Origin: Escherichia coli
GTDB lineage: Bacteria; Pseudomonadota; Gammaproteobacteria; Enterobacterales; Enterobacteriaceae
DNA: 64,000 nt
Strand: one strand, 5' to 3'
Assembly (NCBI RefSeq): GCF_041886205.1
Contig: NZ_CP169029.1
Part shown: one piece after another, positions 33,673 to 43,771 of the stretch
Layout of the letters: each line of letters begins with the position of its first letter
Numbering within the stretch: the stretch's first letter is position 1
The notes under the pieces: generated by a model
Databases searched by the model: none
What the model was told of the DNA's origin: nothing
Seen by the model: the letters and a program-made list of their open reading frames with translations, nothing else
Translations under genes and position numbers: made by a program

Positions 33673-36600
33673 TTGAGTACCGTGGGCCAGCGCGAACGCG
33701 CCACACAGCAGCGTCTGATTCAGTTTTTTGTTGAAGATTTAGGTTACCGCCATCTGAGTCACCGCACCGGGTACACCGGGAACAGCAACATCGACACTAA
33801 TATACTGAGCGCGTGGCTAAAACGGCGCGGCGTTAATGATACGTTGATCACCCGGGCGTTGCGGCAACTGGATTCCGCCGCCGCTCTGGGCGAAGGCAAA
33901 AAACTCTATTACGCCAATAAAGAGGTCTATCGCCTACTGCGTTACGGCGTGAAAGACAAAGAAGGCGCAGGCGAGCAGAACCAAACCGTGTGGCTGATTG
34001 ACTGGGCCAACCCACAAGCCAATGATTTCGCCATCGCCGATGAGGTGACGGTCAAAGGCGAGTACTGCAAGCGCCCGGATCTGGTGCTGTACGTTAACGG
34101 CATTGCGCTGGGCGTGATTGAACTTAAGCGTTCGTCAGTGCACGTCAGCGAAGGCATCCGGCAGAATCTCGATAATCAAAAGAAAACCTTTATCCGCGAT
34201 TTCTTCACCACTATGCAGTTAGTGATGGCGGGCAACGATACGCAGGGCCTGCGCTACGGCACCATCGAAACCCCGGAAAAATACTATCTGGAGTGGAAAG
34301 AAGATAATCCAGGCGACTATACACATAAACTCGACTTTCATTTAAGTCGTCTGTGTAGCAAATCCAGGCTGTTGGATATCGTCCATAATTACATTGCCTT
34401 TGATGTCGGGGTGAAAAAACTCTGCCGCCATAATCAGTTCTTCGGCGTCGAGGCGGCTAAACAACATATTGCCCGTCGTGAAGGCGGTATTATCTGGCAC
34501 ACACAGGGATCGGGTAAAAGCCTGACGATGGTCTGGCTGGCGAAGTGGATCCGTGAAAATGTGCCAAACTCCCGCGTGTTGATTGTGACTGACCGCACCG
34601 AACTGGATGAACAGATCGAAAGCGTGTTTATGGGCGTGAATGAAGATATTTATCGCACCTCCAGCGGCAACGATCTTATCGCAACGCTCAATCATCCTAA
34701 CCCGTGGCTCATTTGCTCGCTGGTGCATAAATTTGGTCGTCGCAGCGAAGCTGAAGACAATGCAGCTACCGACGCCTTTATCACCGAATTACAGCACTCC
34801 CTGACGAAAACATTCCGCGCCAAAGGCGATCTGTTTGTTTTTGTGGACGAGTGCCACCGCACACAATCCGGCAAGCTGCATAACGCCATGACTGCCATTC
34901 TGCCGGACGCCCTGTTTATCGGTTTTACCGGCACACCGCTGATGAAGAAAGATAAGAAGAAGTCGGTTGAGGTGTTCGGCCCTTATATCCATACCTATAA
35001 ATTTGATGAAGCGGTGGCCGACGGTGTGGTGCTGGATCTGCGCTACGAGGCACGCGATATTGACCAGTATCTGACATCAGAGAAAAAGGTCGATGACTGG
35101 TTTGAAGCCAAGACTCGCGGTTTGTCGAATTTAGCTAGGACCCAGCTTAAGCAAAAGTGGGGATCAATGCAGAAGCTGCTCTCCAGCAAGTCGCGGCTGG
35201 AGCAGATCGTTAACGACATTTTGCTGGATATGGATACCCGTCCACGCCTGATGGACGGGCGCGGCAACGCCATGCTGGTATGCAGCAGTATCTATCAAGC
35301 CTGCAAGGTTTACGAGATGTTCAGCCAGACCGAGCTGGCAGGAAAAGTAGCGATTGTGACCAGCTATCGCCCCGATGCCGCCAGCATCAAAGGCGAAGAA
35401 ACGGGCGAAGGGTTAACGGAGAAACTCTCTAAACACGCCACCTATCGTAAAATGTTGGCTGACTATTTTGAACAAAGTGAAGAGAAGGCCGCCGCACGCA
35501 TTACCGAGTTCGAGCGGGAAGTGAAACAGCGTTTTATTGAAGAGCCGGGGCAAATGCGCCTGCTTATCGTGGTGGATAAGCTGCTGACTGGCTTTGACGC
35601 GCCGTCCGCCACCTATCTCTACATTGATAAAACCATGACCGACCATACGCTGTTTCAGGCGATTTGTCGGGTGAACCGGCTGGACGGTGAGGATAAAGAG
35701 TATGGCTATATTATCGATTATAAAGATCTGTTCCGTTCGCTGGATAAAGCGATTACCGATTACACCACGGGCGCGTTTGATGATTACGATCGGGACGATG
35801 TGGCCGGGTTGCTGAAAGACAGGCTAGAGCAGGCGCAACTGGATCTCGACAGCGCGCTGGAGATGGTTCGCAGCTTATGTGAACCCGTCAAAACCCCGCG
35901 CAGCCTGCAGGACTATCAGCACTATTTTTGCGGTGAATCAGGAGAGAATCAGACTTCGTTAAACGAAAAAGAGGCGCTGCGCCTGACATTTTACCAGTGC
36001 GTCGCCCGTCTGCTACGCGCTTATGCCAACATCGCCAATGAAATGCCGGAAGCAGGCTACACTGCCGAAGAGGTAGAGAGCATTCGCGCCGAAGTCGCTG
36101 AATTCGAAAAACTGCGCTATGAGATTAAGCTGACCAGCGGCGATCTTCTGGATATGAAGCGCTTTGAACCCGCTATGCGTCATTTACTGGATATGTATGT
36201 TCGCGCCGATGATAGCGAAGTGCTGATGGATTTTGAAGAGTTAAGTCTGATTGAACTGATTGTCGAGAAAGGCTTGGCGGCGACCGTCGCCCTGCCGGAT
36301 GATATCCGTAATAATCAGGATGCGATGGCGGAAACCATCGAAAACAACGTGCGCAAAACCATCGTGGATGAAAACCCGGTTAACCCAAAATACTATGGAC
36401 GCATGTCGCAACTGCTGGATGAACTGATTACCCTTCGCCGACAAAATGCGCTCAATTATCAGCAGTATCTGGAACGTATCCGCGATTTGTGTAAACAGGT
36501 CATCCGCCCGGAGCAAACCGCCGGAGCGTGCTACCCTGCCACCATGGATACACAAGCAAAGCGCGCCTTCTATGATAACTTCGGCCACGACGAGGTACTG

Positions 36601-36768
36601 GCGACCCGCATAGATACGACGATTCGCTATACCAAAAGGGCAGAGTGGATTGGCGATCGTTTTAAAGAACGGGAAATTGCCAACGCATTACGTGAAGAGA
36701 CCGCCAGCTATAATATTGATATTGATGAGGTGATAGCGCTTGCCCGTCAGCAGAAGGAATATCACTGA
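33673..36768 (+). CDS. hsdR: Type I restriction enzyme endonuclease/translocase subunit R
   Basis: 1031 aa; helicase motifs GSGKSLTM (Walker A) and FVFVDECHR (DEAH-like), N-terminal nuclease region; probable TTG start at 33673 preceded by AAGGAG. Confidence 0.9.
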   Translation: MSTVGQRERATQQRLIQFFVEDLGYRHLSHRTGYTGNSNIDTNILSAWLKRRGVNDTLITRALRQLDSAAALGEGKKLYYANKEVYRLLRYGVKDKEGAGEQNQTVWLIDWANPQANDFAIADEVTVKGEYCKRPDLVLYVNGIALGVIELKRSSVHVSEGIRQNLDNQKKTFIRDFFTTMQLVMAGNDTQGLRYGTIETPEKYYLEWKEDNPGDYTHKLDFHLSRLCSKSRLLDIVHNYIAFDVGVKKLCRHNQFFGVEAAKQHIARREGGIIWHTQGSGKSLTMVWLAKWIRENVPNSRVLIVTDRTELDEQIESVFMGVNEDIYRTSSGNDLIATLNHPNPWLICSLVHKFGRRSEAEDNAATDAFITELQHSLTKTFRAKGDLFVFVDECHRTQSGKLHNAMTAILPDALFIGFTGTPLMKKDKKKSVEVFGPYIHTYKFDEAVADGVVLDLRYEARDIDQYLTSEKKVDDWFEAKTRGLSNLARTQLKQKWGSMQKLLSSKSRLEQIVNDILLDMDTRPRLMDGRGNAMLVCSSIYQACKVYEMFSQTELAGKVAIVTSYRPDAASIKGEETGEGLTEKLSKHATYRKMLADYFEQSEEKAAARITEFEREVKQRFIEEPGQMRLLIVVDKLLTGFDAPSATYLYIDKTMTDHTLFQAICRVNRLDGEDKEYGYIIDYKDLFRSLDKAITDYTTGAFDDYDRDDVAGLLKDRLEQAQLDLDSALEMVRSLCEPVKTPRSLQDYQHYFCGESGENQTSLNEKEALRLTFYQCVARLLRAYANIANEMPEAGYTAEEVESIRAEVAEFEKLRYEIKLTSGDLLDMKRFEPAMRHLLDMYVRADDSEVLMDFEELSLIELIVEKGLAATVALPDDIRNNQDAMAETIENNVRKTIVDENPVNPKYYGRMSQLLDELITLRRQNALNYQQYLERIRDLCKQVIRPEQTAGACYPATMDTQAKRAFYDNFGHDEVLATRIDTTIRYTKRAEWIGDRFKEREIANALREETASYNIDIDEVIALARQQKEYH

Positions 36769-37484
36769 TGCCAATCATGCAAATAGGCTCGTTACACTTG
36801 CTGGTCAACCGTAAGGCGATTAAGAATCTGCATATCAGCGTGCTGCCGCCTGATGGCAAAGTCCGCGTTTCAGCGCCGGAACATATGACGGAGACGGCGA
36901 TTCGTATGGCGGTTGCTTCACGCTTTCGCTGGATCAGAAAACAGCAGCAGGATTTCGCCAGACAGCCTCGTCAATCAGAGAGGGAAATGGTCAGCGGAGA
37001 GTGCCACTATCTTTGGGGCCGAAGATATCGCCTACTTGTGATTGAGCGTCACGGGCGTCACGAAGTAAAAGTTGCGGGAAATAATAAGCTCCAGCTTTAT
37101 GTTCAACCGGGAACCCGTGATGAAAATAAGGCATTGGCGTTAAGTGAATTTTATCGACATGAACTAAAACAGCAGGTGGCTAAGCTTCTACCTGAATGGC
37201 AGGACCGAATCGGTGTTCCCCTAACATTCTGGGGCATCAAAAAGATGAAAACCTTTTGGGGCACCTGTAACACTACAACAAAACGAATCTGGCTCAATCT
37301 GGAGCTAATTAAGAAGCCGCCGGAGTGTCTGGAGTATATTCTGGTGCATGAACTGGTTCATCTTCTGGAACGTCACCATAATGCTCGCTTCCGGTTGCAT
37401 ATGGATCGGTTTATTCCTGACTGGCGTGAGCGTCGGGATTTGTTAAATAATATGCCGTTAGCGTTTGAGGCATGGGAGTATTGA
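36768..37484 (+). CDS. M48/DUF45-family zinc metallohydrolase (YgjP/WLM-like)
   Basis: 238 aa; HExxH motif in ILVHELVHLLERHHNARF; start overlaps hsdR stop, indicating co-transcription. Confidence 0.7.
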   Translation: MPIMQIGSLHLLVNRKAIKNLHISVLPPDGKVRVSAPEHMTETAIRMAVASRFRWIRKQQQDFARQPRQSEREMVSGECHYLWGRRYRLLVIERHGRHEVKVAGNNKLQLYVQPGTRDENKALALSEFYRHELKQQVAKLLPEWQDRIGVPLTFWGIKKMKTFWGTCNTTTKRIWLNLELIKKPPECLEYILVHELVHLLERHHNARFRLHMDRFIPDWRERRDLLNNMPLAFEAWEY

Positions 37485-38023
37485 TTGAGCCTGTAACTGT
37501 TTTTTGTCCATAAATTAACCTTCATTTGATGCTGGATTGAACATATCAAAATCAGACAATTACACAAATCTATGTACAGGCTCAACTCCTGCCATGGAAC
37601 GTAGTACTCACCAATAAGTAAGCATCAATACGGCGCTCCGTTAACGCTTACTAGCATGGTTATCTCCTTAAAAAATTGAGGCGACAACTATGCTGACGCA
37701 GGGGGGTATTGGGTGATCTCCTTCCATGAAAATACGCAGCTTGATTGCATTAAATTTATTTAATTTGCACTAATTTTGTTTAAGTTACATTACCACACGT
37801 GGGATATTGGAATACAAGCAACGCGAGGAATCAGTAAATATACCAATAATTGTATCACCCCTTTAATATTCATTAAGGTTTCAGGCCCTCCGGCACGATT
37901 CACCTGGCGAATCAATTCACGAGTCGCCCCAGAGTCACCGCCAATAAACATGCGATTCAACTCCCGATTCGATTCTCACTAATCTATTGTTTTATATAAA
38001 GATAGTCAGTACTGACTCTGTGA

Positions 38024-38063
38024 CGACTCGCCGATGACTTGCCATAGAGTCATCGGCGAGTCG
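38024..38063. repeat. Perfect 16-bp inverted repeat (hairpin) with 8-nt loop
   Basis: CGACTCGCCGATGACT-TGCCATAG-AGTCATCGGCGAGTCG; no flanking T/A run, so not a classical terminator. Confidence 0.45.
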
Positions 38064-38273
38064 GATCGGCATAATAAAAATTATCATAACGTAATTCTGA
38101 AATTATAACTTTATGATTTTAAATACCTATCAGCAAAAACTTGGTTTTGCATGGGGTGTGGAGATTTTGAGGTAAGAAGCAGGCTATCGTAAAATAGCCT
38201 GCTGGGATGGATTCAGTAATCACCGAATAAATTGCGGAGCAAAAAAACCGCCAATCAAGAGATGGGTTAGCAA

Positions 38274-38609
38274 TCAATTTTCGTATTTAAATTCAATATT
38301 AATCTTTAAAGCCTCTACATCTACTGTCACTTCACAGCCATGCCAGAATGGTTTTTCCTGAGATTTAAAGTTATCTAGAAAATAATTTCTTAATTCCACA
38401 AGAAAATCAAATAAATCACCGTTTGCTTGTGCCCCTGCCGAAAACCAATCAGTATTGCCAGTATCTGCATTTATATAGTCAAATTCACATTTACAATGAT
38501 CATTTTCAGGAGACAGTTCTGCTCTCATGATCACTTTGGATGCATTTTCAGGCGCAATGGATAGCAATACTGAACCTATATCATTATAAATCTCTTGATC
38601 AGTCCTCAC
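38274..38609 (-). CDS. Putative CdiI-type immunity protein of orphan module
   Basis: 111-aa ORF whose ATG directly follows the stop of the VENN-containing toxin fragment; no family recognised, assignment by gene context. Confidence 0.5.
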   Translation of the reverse strand: MRTDQEIYNDIGSVLLSIAPENASKVIMRAELSPENDHCKCEFDYINADTGNTDWFSAGAQANGDLFDFLVELRNYFLDNFKSQEKPFWHGCEVTVDVEALKINIEFKYEN

Positions 38610-39038
38610 CTACTTACCTCCGGGTACATTTTTAAACGTTTCAGATACCGGCCTTATGCTGTTACCTGTATAAGATGGCTGGATATTAACTTTAATGCTC
38701 ACTATCCCTGACTCATCCATCTGCTGCATCAACAGAACGGATAAGTCATTCTTCATTGCCCACGGAATATCTTCACCCAATGCCCTGTCTATGGCTTCGT
38801 GAACCAACAAACTGTTAGCAGGGATGTCACCGTACTTCTCTTTGCAGGCTGTCGGGCTCGAAGCACATGTTGCGATCAGTTCATTACGCTGCTTGAGACT
38901 CAGATCTTCCATTTCTTTCACGATCTGACCACAGTCACCACGGGCCTCACAACCTTTCGCCCTCGCCGCAAAGTTATCGATCTGATCAGCACTCAGGTAG
39001 TTATTCTCAACAACAATCCCAACTAAAAGGGTTGGGAT
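38610..39038 (-). CDS. Orphan CdiA C-terminal toxin fragment (VENN motif, no N-terminal region)
   Basis: Reverse-strand frame opens after TAA-TGA stops and reads IPTLLVGIVVENNYLSADQIDNFAARAKGCEARGDCGQIVKEMEDLSLKQ...; VENN encoded at 39000-39011; only an internal ATG. Confidence 0.6.
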   Translation of the reverse strand: MPTLLVGIVVENNYLSADQIDNFAARAKGCEARGDCGQIVKEMEDLSLKQRNELIATCASSPTACKEKYGDIPANSLLVHEAIDRALGEDIPWAMKNDLSVLLMQQMDESGIVSIKVNIQPSYTGNSIRPVSETFKNVPGGK

Positions 39039-39039
39039 T
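39013..39039. repeat. Hairpin at junction of the two toxin/immunity modules
   Basis: AATCCCAAC-TAAAAGG-GTTGGGATT between the stop of the 147-aa gene and the VENN fragment. Confidence 0.4.
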
Positions 39040-39047
39040 CATTACCC

Positions 39048-39491
39048 TTATGTATAAAGACTATCGTCGTAGGGTGCTTCAGTCAGAATTTTTTGAATTT
39101 CATGTCGTGCTTTTAGCTCCCATGAAAGATTCATATTTGCCATTAACTCAATAAATTTTGGGAACGCGATACGTCGTCCATCTCTGCCTTTAACCCTGTG
39201 TTCTAATTCATATTGGAATGCTGTCTTATAAGCGAGTTCTGACATGATCCAATAAAGTAGCTCATCTAGTGACCTAGTAACCTTCCGCGAGAATTCATAA
39301 CCTCTTTCTGAATGAATGTAATTATATACATTGTTTTCAAATGTAACATATGGTGTGCCATCACCAATTGGAGCGGAACAAAGATTAACTGAATGTCTTG
39401 GGAGACCAGCTTGCAAGGTCAACGCGTCAATTTTCCTTTGTATTTCATTGATATTCAGCAACATATTAGCGAACCTCACGAATATATCCAT
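39048..39491 (-). CDS. Putative immunity protein of upstream orphan toxin module
   Basis: 147-aa ORF whose start overlaps the 3' end of an upstream start-less toxin-like frame by about 26 nt. Confidence 0.45.
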   Translation of the reverse strand: MDIFVRFANMLLNINEIQRKIDALTLQAGLPRHSVNLCSAPIGDGTPYVTFENNVYNYIHSERGYEFSRKVTRSLDELLYWIMSELAYKTAFQYELEHRVKGRDGRRIAFPKFIELMANMNLSWELKARHEIQKILTEAPYDDSLYT

Positions 39492-39747
39492 TCTTCAATA
39501 GCCATTCCACATTCACTCGATCTTGCATATTAGGTAATATCTGAATCCCCCCTCCAGGCTCACCAAAAGCGGGGGCAATCTTTCCTTGTATAGCAGGCAA
39601 GGGTTTTATTACCTCATATTCATAGTATTTATATGAACGCATCCCGTTTGCAAGGCATCCATTGTTTTGACATGACGGGTAGGTTGCAGCTTTATATCCG
39701 GCTTTATTGCAGCCGTAACGCTGCGAGCCCCTATGTAATTCGCCGAC
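39466..39747 (-). pseudogene. Truncated toxin C-terminal domain remnant (no start codon)
   Basis: Hand translation of the reverse strand gives an open frame of about 93 codons (VGELHRGSQRYGCNKAGYKAATYPSCQNNGCLANGMRSYKYYEYEVIKPLPAIQGKIAPAFGEPGGGIQILPNMQDRVNVEWLLKNGYIREVR) bounded upstream by TGA and adjacent to the IS110-family element. Confidence 0.35.
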
Positions 39748-39904
39748 TCACCCCTTATTTTCACGGCGGACTTCAAGCCCAAAATACTGTTCAGGTTTAG
39801 TGAGTCACGGTCTTACCTGTCTTTGTCATCACTCTGGCCGCCATAGCAACCTTTCAGCATTCACCCTTTTGTTAAGAGTTCATTGTTTAATGGTATCAGC
39901 GATT

Positions 39905-40056
39905 AATATGGTCTGATACTGACGTGGTTCCTGTCATACTTACGGTCATGGGCGGTTATCGCCCATACTGTTCGTGCCAGCTTGTTTGCCATGGCGACGA
40001 TTGCCACACTGGCTGGACGACGTTTTTTCAGTTCGGTTATCCACGGGCCAGGCTCT
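39905..40056 (-). pseudogene. IS110-family transposase, 3' part (separated from 5' part by IS66 insertion)
   Basis: Reverse translation reads EPGPWITELKKRRPASVAIVAMANKLARTVWAITAHD..., in frame with the 289-aa fragment at 42760-43629 once IS66 and one copy of the 8-bp duplication are removed. Confidence 0.6.
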
Positions 40057-40094
40057 TTAGCTACGTAAGCGACTCGTCAGAACCGTATTGATAT

Positions 40095-41666
40095 TTACTG
40101 AGAGCTCAGATCAACTTTCCAGGGCAACAGATCGCGTACCCGGTTTGCCGGCCAGTCCTGGATATGTTCAATGACGTAACGCAGCCACTTTTCTGGCTCC
40201 ACATTGTTCAGACGGCATGTGCCGATCAGCGAGTACAACACCGCCGCATGTTCACCACCGCTGTCGGAACCCGCGAACATCCAGTTTTTCCGGCCTACGG
40301 CCACTCCCCGTAAGGCGTTCTCTGCGATGTTGTTGTCGATTTCCACCCAGCCATTACTGCAGTACACGTTCAGTGCATCCCACTGTTTCAGCAGGTATGC
40401 GAACGCTTTTGCCGTATCTGAGTGACGCGACAGTGTTTTCATCTGTTGCTGTATCCAGTCATACAGTGACTGCATCAGTGGCGCGGCTCTGGCTTTTCTT
40501 GCCGCCAGACGCTGTTCTGCTGAACAGCCCCGGACCTCTGCCTCGATGGCATACAGTTCACCGATACGCTGCAGGGCTTCCGTGGTGATGTAGGTGGACG
40601 CTCTTGCATGCACATCGTGGATTTTTCTCCGGGCATGAGCCATACACGCGGCTTCCGTTATTCTGCCGGATTCGTATAACGCCCGGTAACCACCGTAAGC
40701 ATCGGCCTGAAGCACACCGCTGTAACCGGCCAGGTGATTTTGTGGATGGATACCTTTCCGGTCCGGACTGTACGCGAACCAGACCGCCGGGGGCATCTGT
40801 GAACCGGCGTTACGGTCATCACGGACGTAGACCCACAGCCGGGCTGTCCGGGTTTTACCGCTGCCCGGCTCCTGGACCGGGACGGGGATATCATCAGCAT
40901 GGACTTTACCGGGCATCAGCACATACTGGCGCAGGACGTCATACAGCGGCTCCAGCAGTTCAGCAACAGCACCTGTCCAGCGCCCCAGTGTGGCACGGCT
41001 CAGCTCCACTCCCTGACGACGGTATATTTCTGACTGGCGGTATAACGGCAGATGGTCTGCATATTTCCCGGTGACAACATGGGCCAGAAGCCCCGCTCCG
41101 GCATAACTGCGTGCAATGGGTTTTGAAGGTACTGGTGCCTGCACGATATGGTCGCACCGGCAACAGGCCTGTTTCGGACGTTGTGTTTCGATAACCTTAA
41201 AGGCGCTGCTGATAAGCTCCAGTTGCTCTGACACATCACATCCCAGAGAACTGAGTTCACCACCACAGGCAGGACAGCATTCCTCTTCCGGCCGGATAAC
41301 CCGGGTTTCACGGGGAAGTGAGGCCGGTAACGGTTTACGGGCTGAAGACTGGCGCAGGGCGGATGGCAGTACCGGGTCATATTGCTCACCCAGCGTTTCC
41401 GCCATTTCTTCCTGAAGTGCGCTGATTCGCTCCTGTGCTTCCTGTATCTGCCGTTCGGTTTTTGCACGAAGTTTTTCTGAGCTTTTACCGAACTGCATAC
41501 GTTGCAGTTTCGCAACCAGCGCCTTCAGCCGGTTGATTTCGGAAGCATAAGCCGCCACCCGCTGTGAGAGCAGGCGGTTGTATTCAGCCATCTGGCGGAT
41601 GGTGTCCTGTTGCGTCTGCAACAGTGCCCGCAGGCGGGCGTTCTCATGAGCAAGTGAGGTGTCCAT
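40095..41666 (-). CDS. IS66-family transposase (TnpC/orf3)
   Basis: 523 aa with N-terminal coiled-coil/leucine zipper, Cys-rich zinc-binding segment and DDE region. Confidence 0.9.
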   Translation of the reverse strand: MDTSLAHENARLRALLQTQQDTIRQMAEYNRLLSQRVAAYASEINRLKALVAKLQRMQFGKSSEKLRAKTERQIQEAQERISALQEEMAETLGEQYDPVLPSALRQSSARKPLPASLPRETRVIRPEEECCPACGGELSSLGCDVSEQLELISSAFKVIETQRPKQACCRCDHIVQAPVPSKPIARSYAGAGLLAHVVTGKYADHLPLYRQSEIYRRQGVELSRATLGRWTGAVAELLEPLYDVLRQYVLMPGKVHADDIPVPVQEPGSGKTRTARLWVYVRDDRNAGSQMPPAVWFAYSPDRKGIHPQNHLAGYSGVLQADAYGGYRALYESGRITEAACMAHARRKIHDVHARASTYITTEALQRIGELYAIEAEVRGCSAEQRLAARKARAAPLMQSLYDWIQQQMKTLSRHSDTAKAFAYLLKQWDALNVYCSNGWVEIDNNIAENALRGVAVGRKNWMFAGSDSGGEHAAVLYSLIGTCRLNNVEPEKWLRYVIEHIQDWPANRVRDLLPWKVDLSSQ

Positions 41667-41685
41667 ATCCTCACTTTACAACGGG

Positions 41686-42033
41686 TTATATGCGGATTCC
41701 AGCGCGTTCCGTTCGTTTCGGGTGCTTCCAGTTGATACCTTCAAGAAGCATGGATAACTGAGCCGGAGTAAGGTGCACCTTGCCGTCACGGGTGACTGGC
41801 CAGACGAAGCGGCCCCGCTCCAGGCGTTTGGTGAAGAGGCACAGTCCGTCACTGTCAGCCCACAACACTTTTATCTGGTCACCCCGGCGTCCGCGGAAGA
41901 TGAACAGGTGTCCGGAGAACGGGTCATCCTTCAGGACGTTCTGAACTTTTGATGCCAGGCCGTTAAAGCCATTTCGCATATCGGTGATACCTGCAACCAG
42001 CCAGATACGCGAACCTGCAGGGAGAGATATCAT
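41686..42033 (-). CDS. IS66 Orf2 (TnpB-like accessory protein)
   Basis: 115 aa MISLPAGSRIWLVAGITDMRNGFNGLASKVQNVLKDDPFSGHLFIFRGRRGD... Confidence 0.9.
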   Translation of the reverse strand: MISLPAGSRIWLVAGITDMRNGFNGLASKVQNVLKDDPFSGHLFIFRGRRGDQIKVLWADSDGLCLFTKRLERGRFVWPVTRDGKVHLTPAQLSMLLEGINWKHPKRTERAGIRI

Positions 42034-42710
42034 CAGTGGCTGCTCCCTTTTATTTCGCGGATAAGTGTCTGTAATAACGCCGGCGTCAGTTTACCTTTAA
42101 GCCTGAGAGTTCCGGCCGGCAGAACCAGCTCACAACACAGACTGTCGGACGGTGTATTTATCTGCTCTGGTTCCTGTGCGGGGGCCGGGATTTTATTATC
42201 CGGCTCCGGCGTTAACGTCACGGGAAGCAGTGCCGGCATATTTTTTCCGGAAGGCAGCAGGCCACCTTTCCGGTATTGATGGCGCCAGTTGAAGAGCAGG
42301 TTATCGTTGATTCCGTTTTCCCGGGCGATCTGCGCCACACAGGCTCCGGGCTGCAGTGACTGCTCCACTAAGGCGATTTTAAACTCATAAGGGAAGTTGG
42401 GCCGCCGGGGACGTTTTTTTACCACGGGGGCTTCGGATATAACGGTGCTTTCAGGACGTACGACTGGTACCGTGGAAAATTGTCCGTAAAGGCAGGCATC
42501 AAGTTCCTGCTCCGACATGCCTGCGGGCAAAGGCCACGAAAGGCCAGCTCTCCGAAAGCGCACGAACATACTACAAACTGTTGATTTTGGTACACCCAGG
42601 CGACGCCCGGCCACAACCCGGGGTAAATGTTCTTCAAAGTGAAGACGTAAAGCTTCAGTGATCCAGGTCCGGTGTTTCATACGATAGTGTCCATTAAAAA
42701 TGATGGACAT
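42033..42710 (-). CDS. IS66 Orf1 (HTH accessory protein)
   Basis: 225-aa ORF with helix-turn-helix region; first gene of the IS66 element. Confidence 0.8.
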   Translation of the reverse strand: MSIIFNGHYRMKHRTWITEALRLHFEEHLPRVVAGRRLGVPKSTVCSMFVRFRRAGLSWPLPAGMSEQELDACLYGQFSTVPVVRPESTVISEAPVVKKRPRRPNFPYEFKIALVEQSLQPGACVAQIARENGINDNLLFNWRHQYRKGGLLPSGKNMPALLPVTLTPEPDNKIPAPAQEPEQINTPSDSLCCELVLPAGTLRLKGKLTPALLQTLIREIKGSSH

Positions 42711-42759
42711 TATTTTTGTAGAGCCGGAGGAAACAGACCAGACGGTTTAAATGAGCCGG

Positions 42760-43629
42760 TTACTTAGCTACTAATGCCACCGCTCTTGCACCGTGGATAA
42801 ATAATGTCCTGAGATAAGTGTCACCACGTTTGCTTATCCCCAGCAGACGTACTTTCCCTCCGGAGCCAGTTTGTTTTGGAACCAGACCAACATATGCGGC
42901 GAACTCTCGCCCCGATTTAAACGCTGATGCTTCCCCCATGGTGGCCACCGCTGCCGTCGCAATAAGTGGTCCAACGCCAGGAATATCCAGCAACCGCTTA
43001 CAGGTTTCATTCTGCCTCGCCACGCTGGTAAGCTGTTTTTCAATATCCTCTATCAGTGAGTCCAGCTCATTCAGTCGGTTGTACTGGTTTTCCAGAACCA
43101 TAATGAGATACGGTGGCAGTCTCTCTTTCATCCGTTCCAGTGCTTCGGGGAACTCCCGCTCCATCGCTGCCCGGCCTTTGTGGATGGTTTCACCAAACTC
43201 CAGTAACGTCCCGTGCAGGGCATTAATTTGTGCGGTCCGGAACTTCACCAGTTGCATGCGGGTACGGTGCAGAACCAGTACCGACTGCTGTTCTTCTGTT
43301 TTTACGGCGATTTCTTTACCCGGCTGCTGAACCGCCATCCAGATAGCCCGGGCATCCATCACATCATTCTTATTGCCCATGACGAATGCCTTAACGAAGC
43401 GGGCCTGCAACAACCGGACTTTATGACCAAGTTTTGTCAGTTCCCGTGCCCAGTGCTGAGAACCTCCACAGGCCTCCATACCAATCAGGCATGGCTCACG
43501 GTTGCCGAAGAACATCAGAAAATCCTGTCTACGCAACTGTTTATCAACCACTTCACCTGTGTGCTCATTGATGAAGTGAATCTGAATGACATGTTTTGCG
43601 ATATCAACGCCAACCGGTGTATATTTCAT
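42760..43629 (-). pseudogene. IS110-family transposase, 5' part (disrupted by IS66)
   Basis: 289-aa ORF with DEDD-type N-terminus (MKYTPVGVDIAKHVIQIHF...) and DIPGVGPLIATAAVATMGE motif; reading frame terminates inside the IS66 junction. Confidence 0.8.
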
Positions 43630-43771
43630 TTGTGGAGTCTCCAGTCTGAGGGAGCTTTATGCATCCCGTATTGGGCACTATGATGCCGGAAATCTGCGAG
43701 GCTCCACACCTGCCAGTTTCACCCTTTTAACCATCATACTGCTCCGTGTTTAATTGTGTGGGATGCGTTCA

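Larger units (their letters stand above)
40065..42763 (-). mobile_element. IS66-family insertion sequence, complete, with 8-bp target-site duplication TTAGCTAC
   Basis: Ends GTAAGCGACTCGTCAG (40065) and ...GAGCCGGTTAC (42763); identical flanks TTAGCTAC at 40057-40064 and 42764-42771; three ORFs in IS66 order. Confidence 0.85.
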
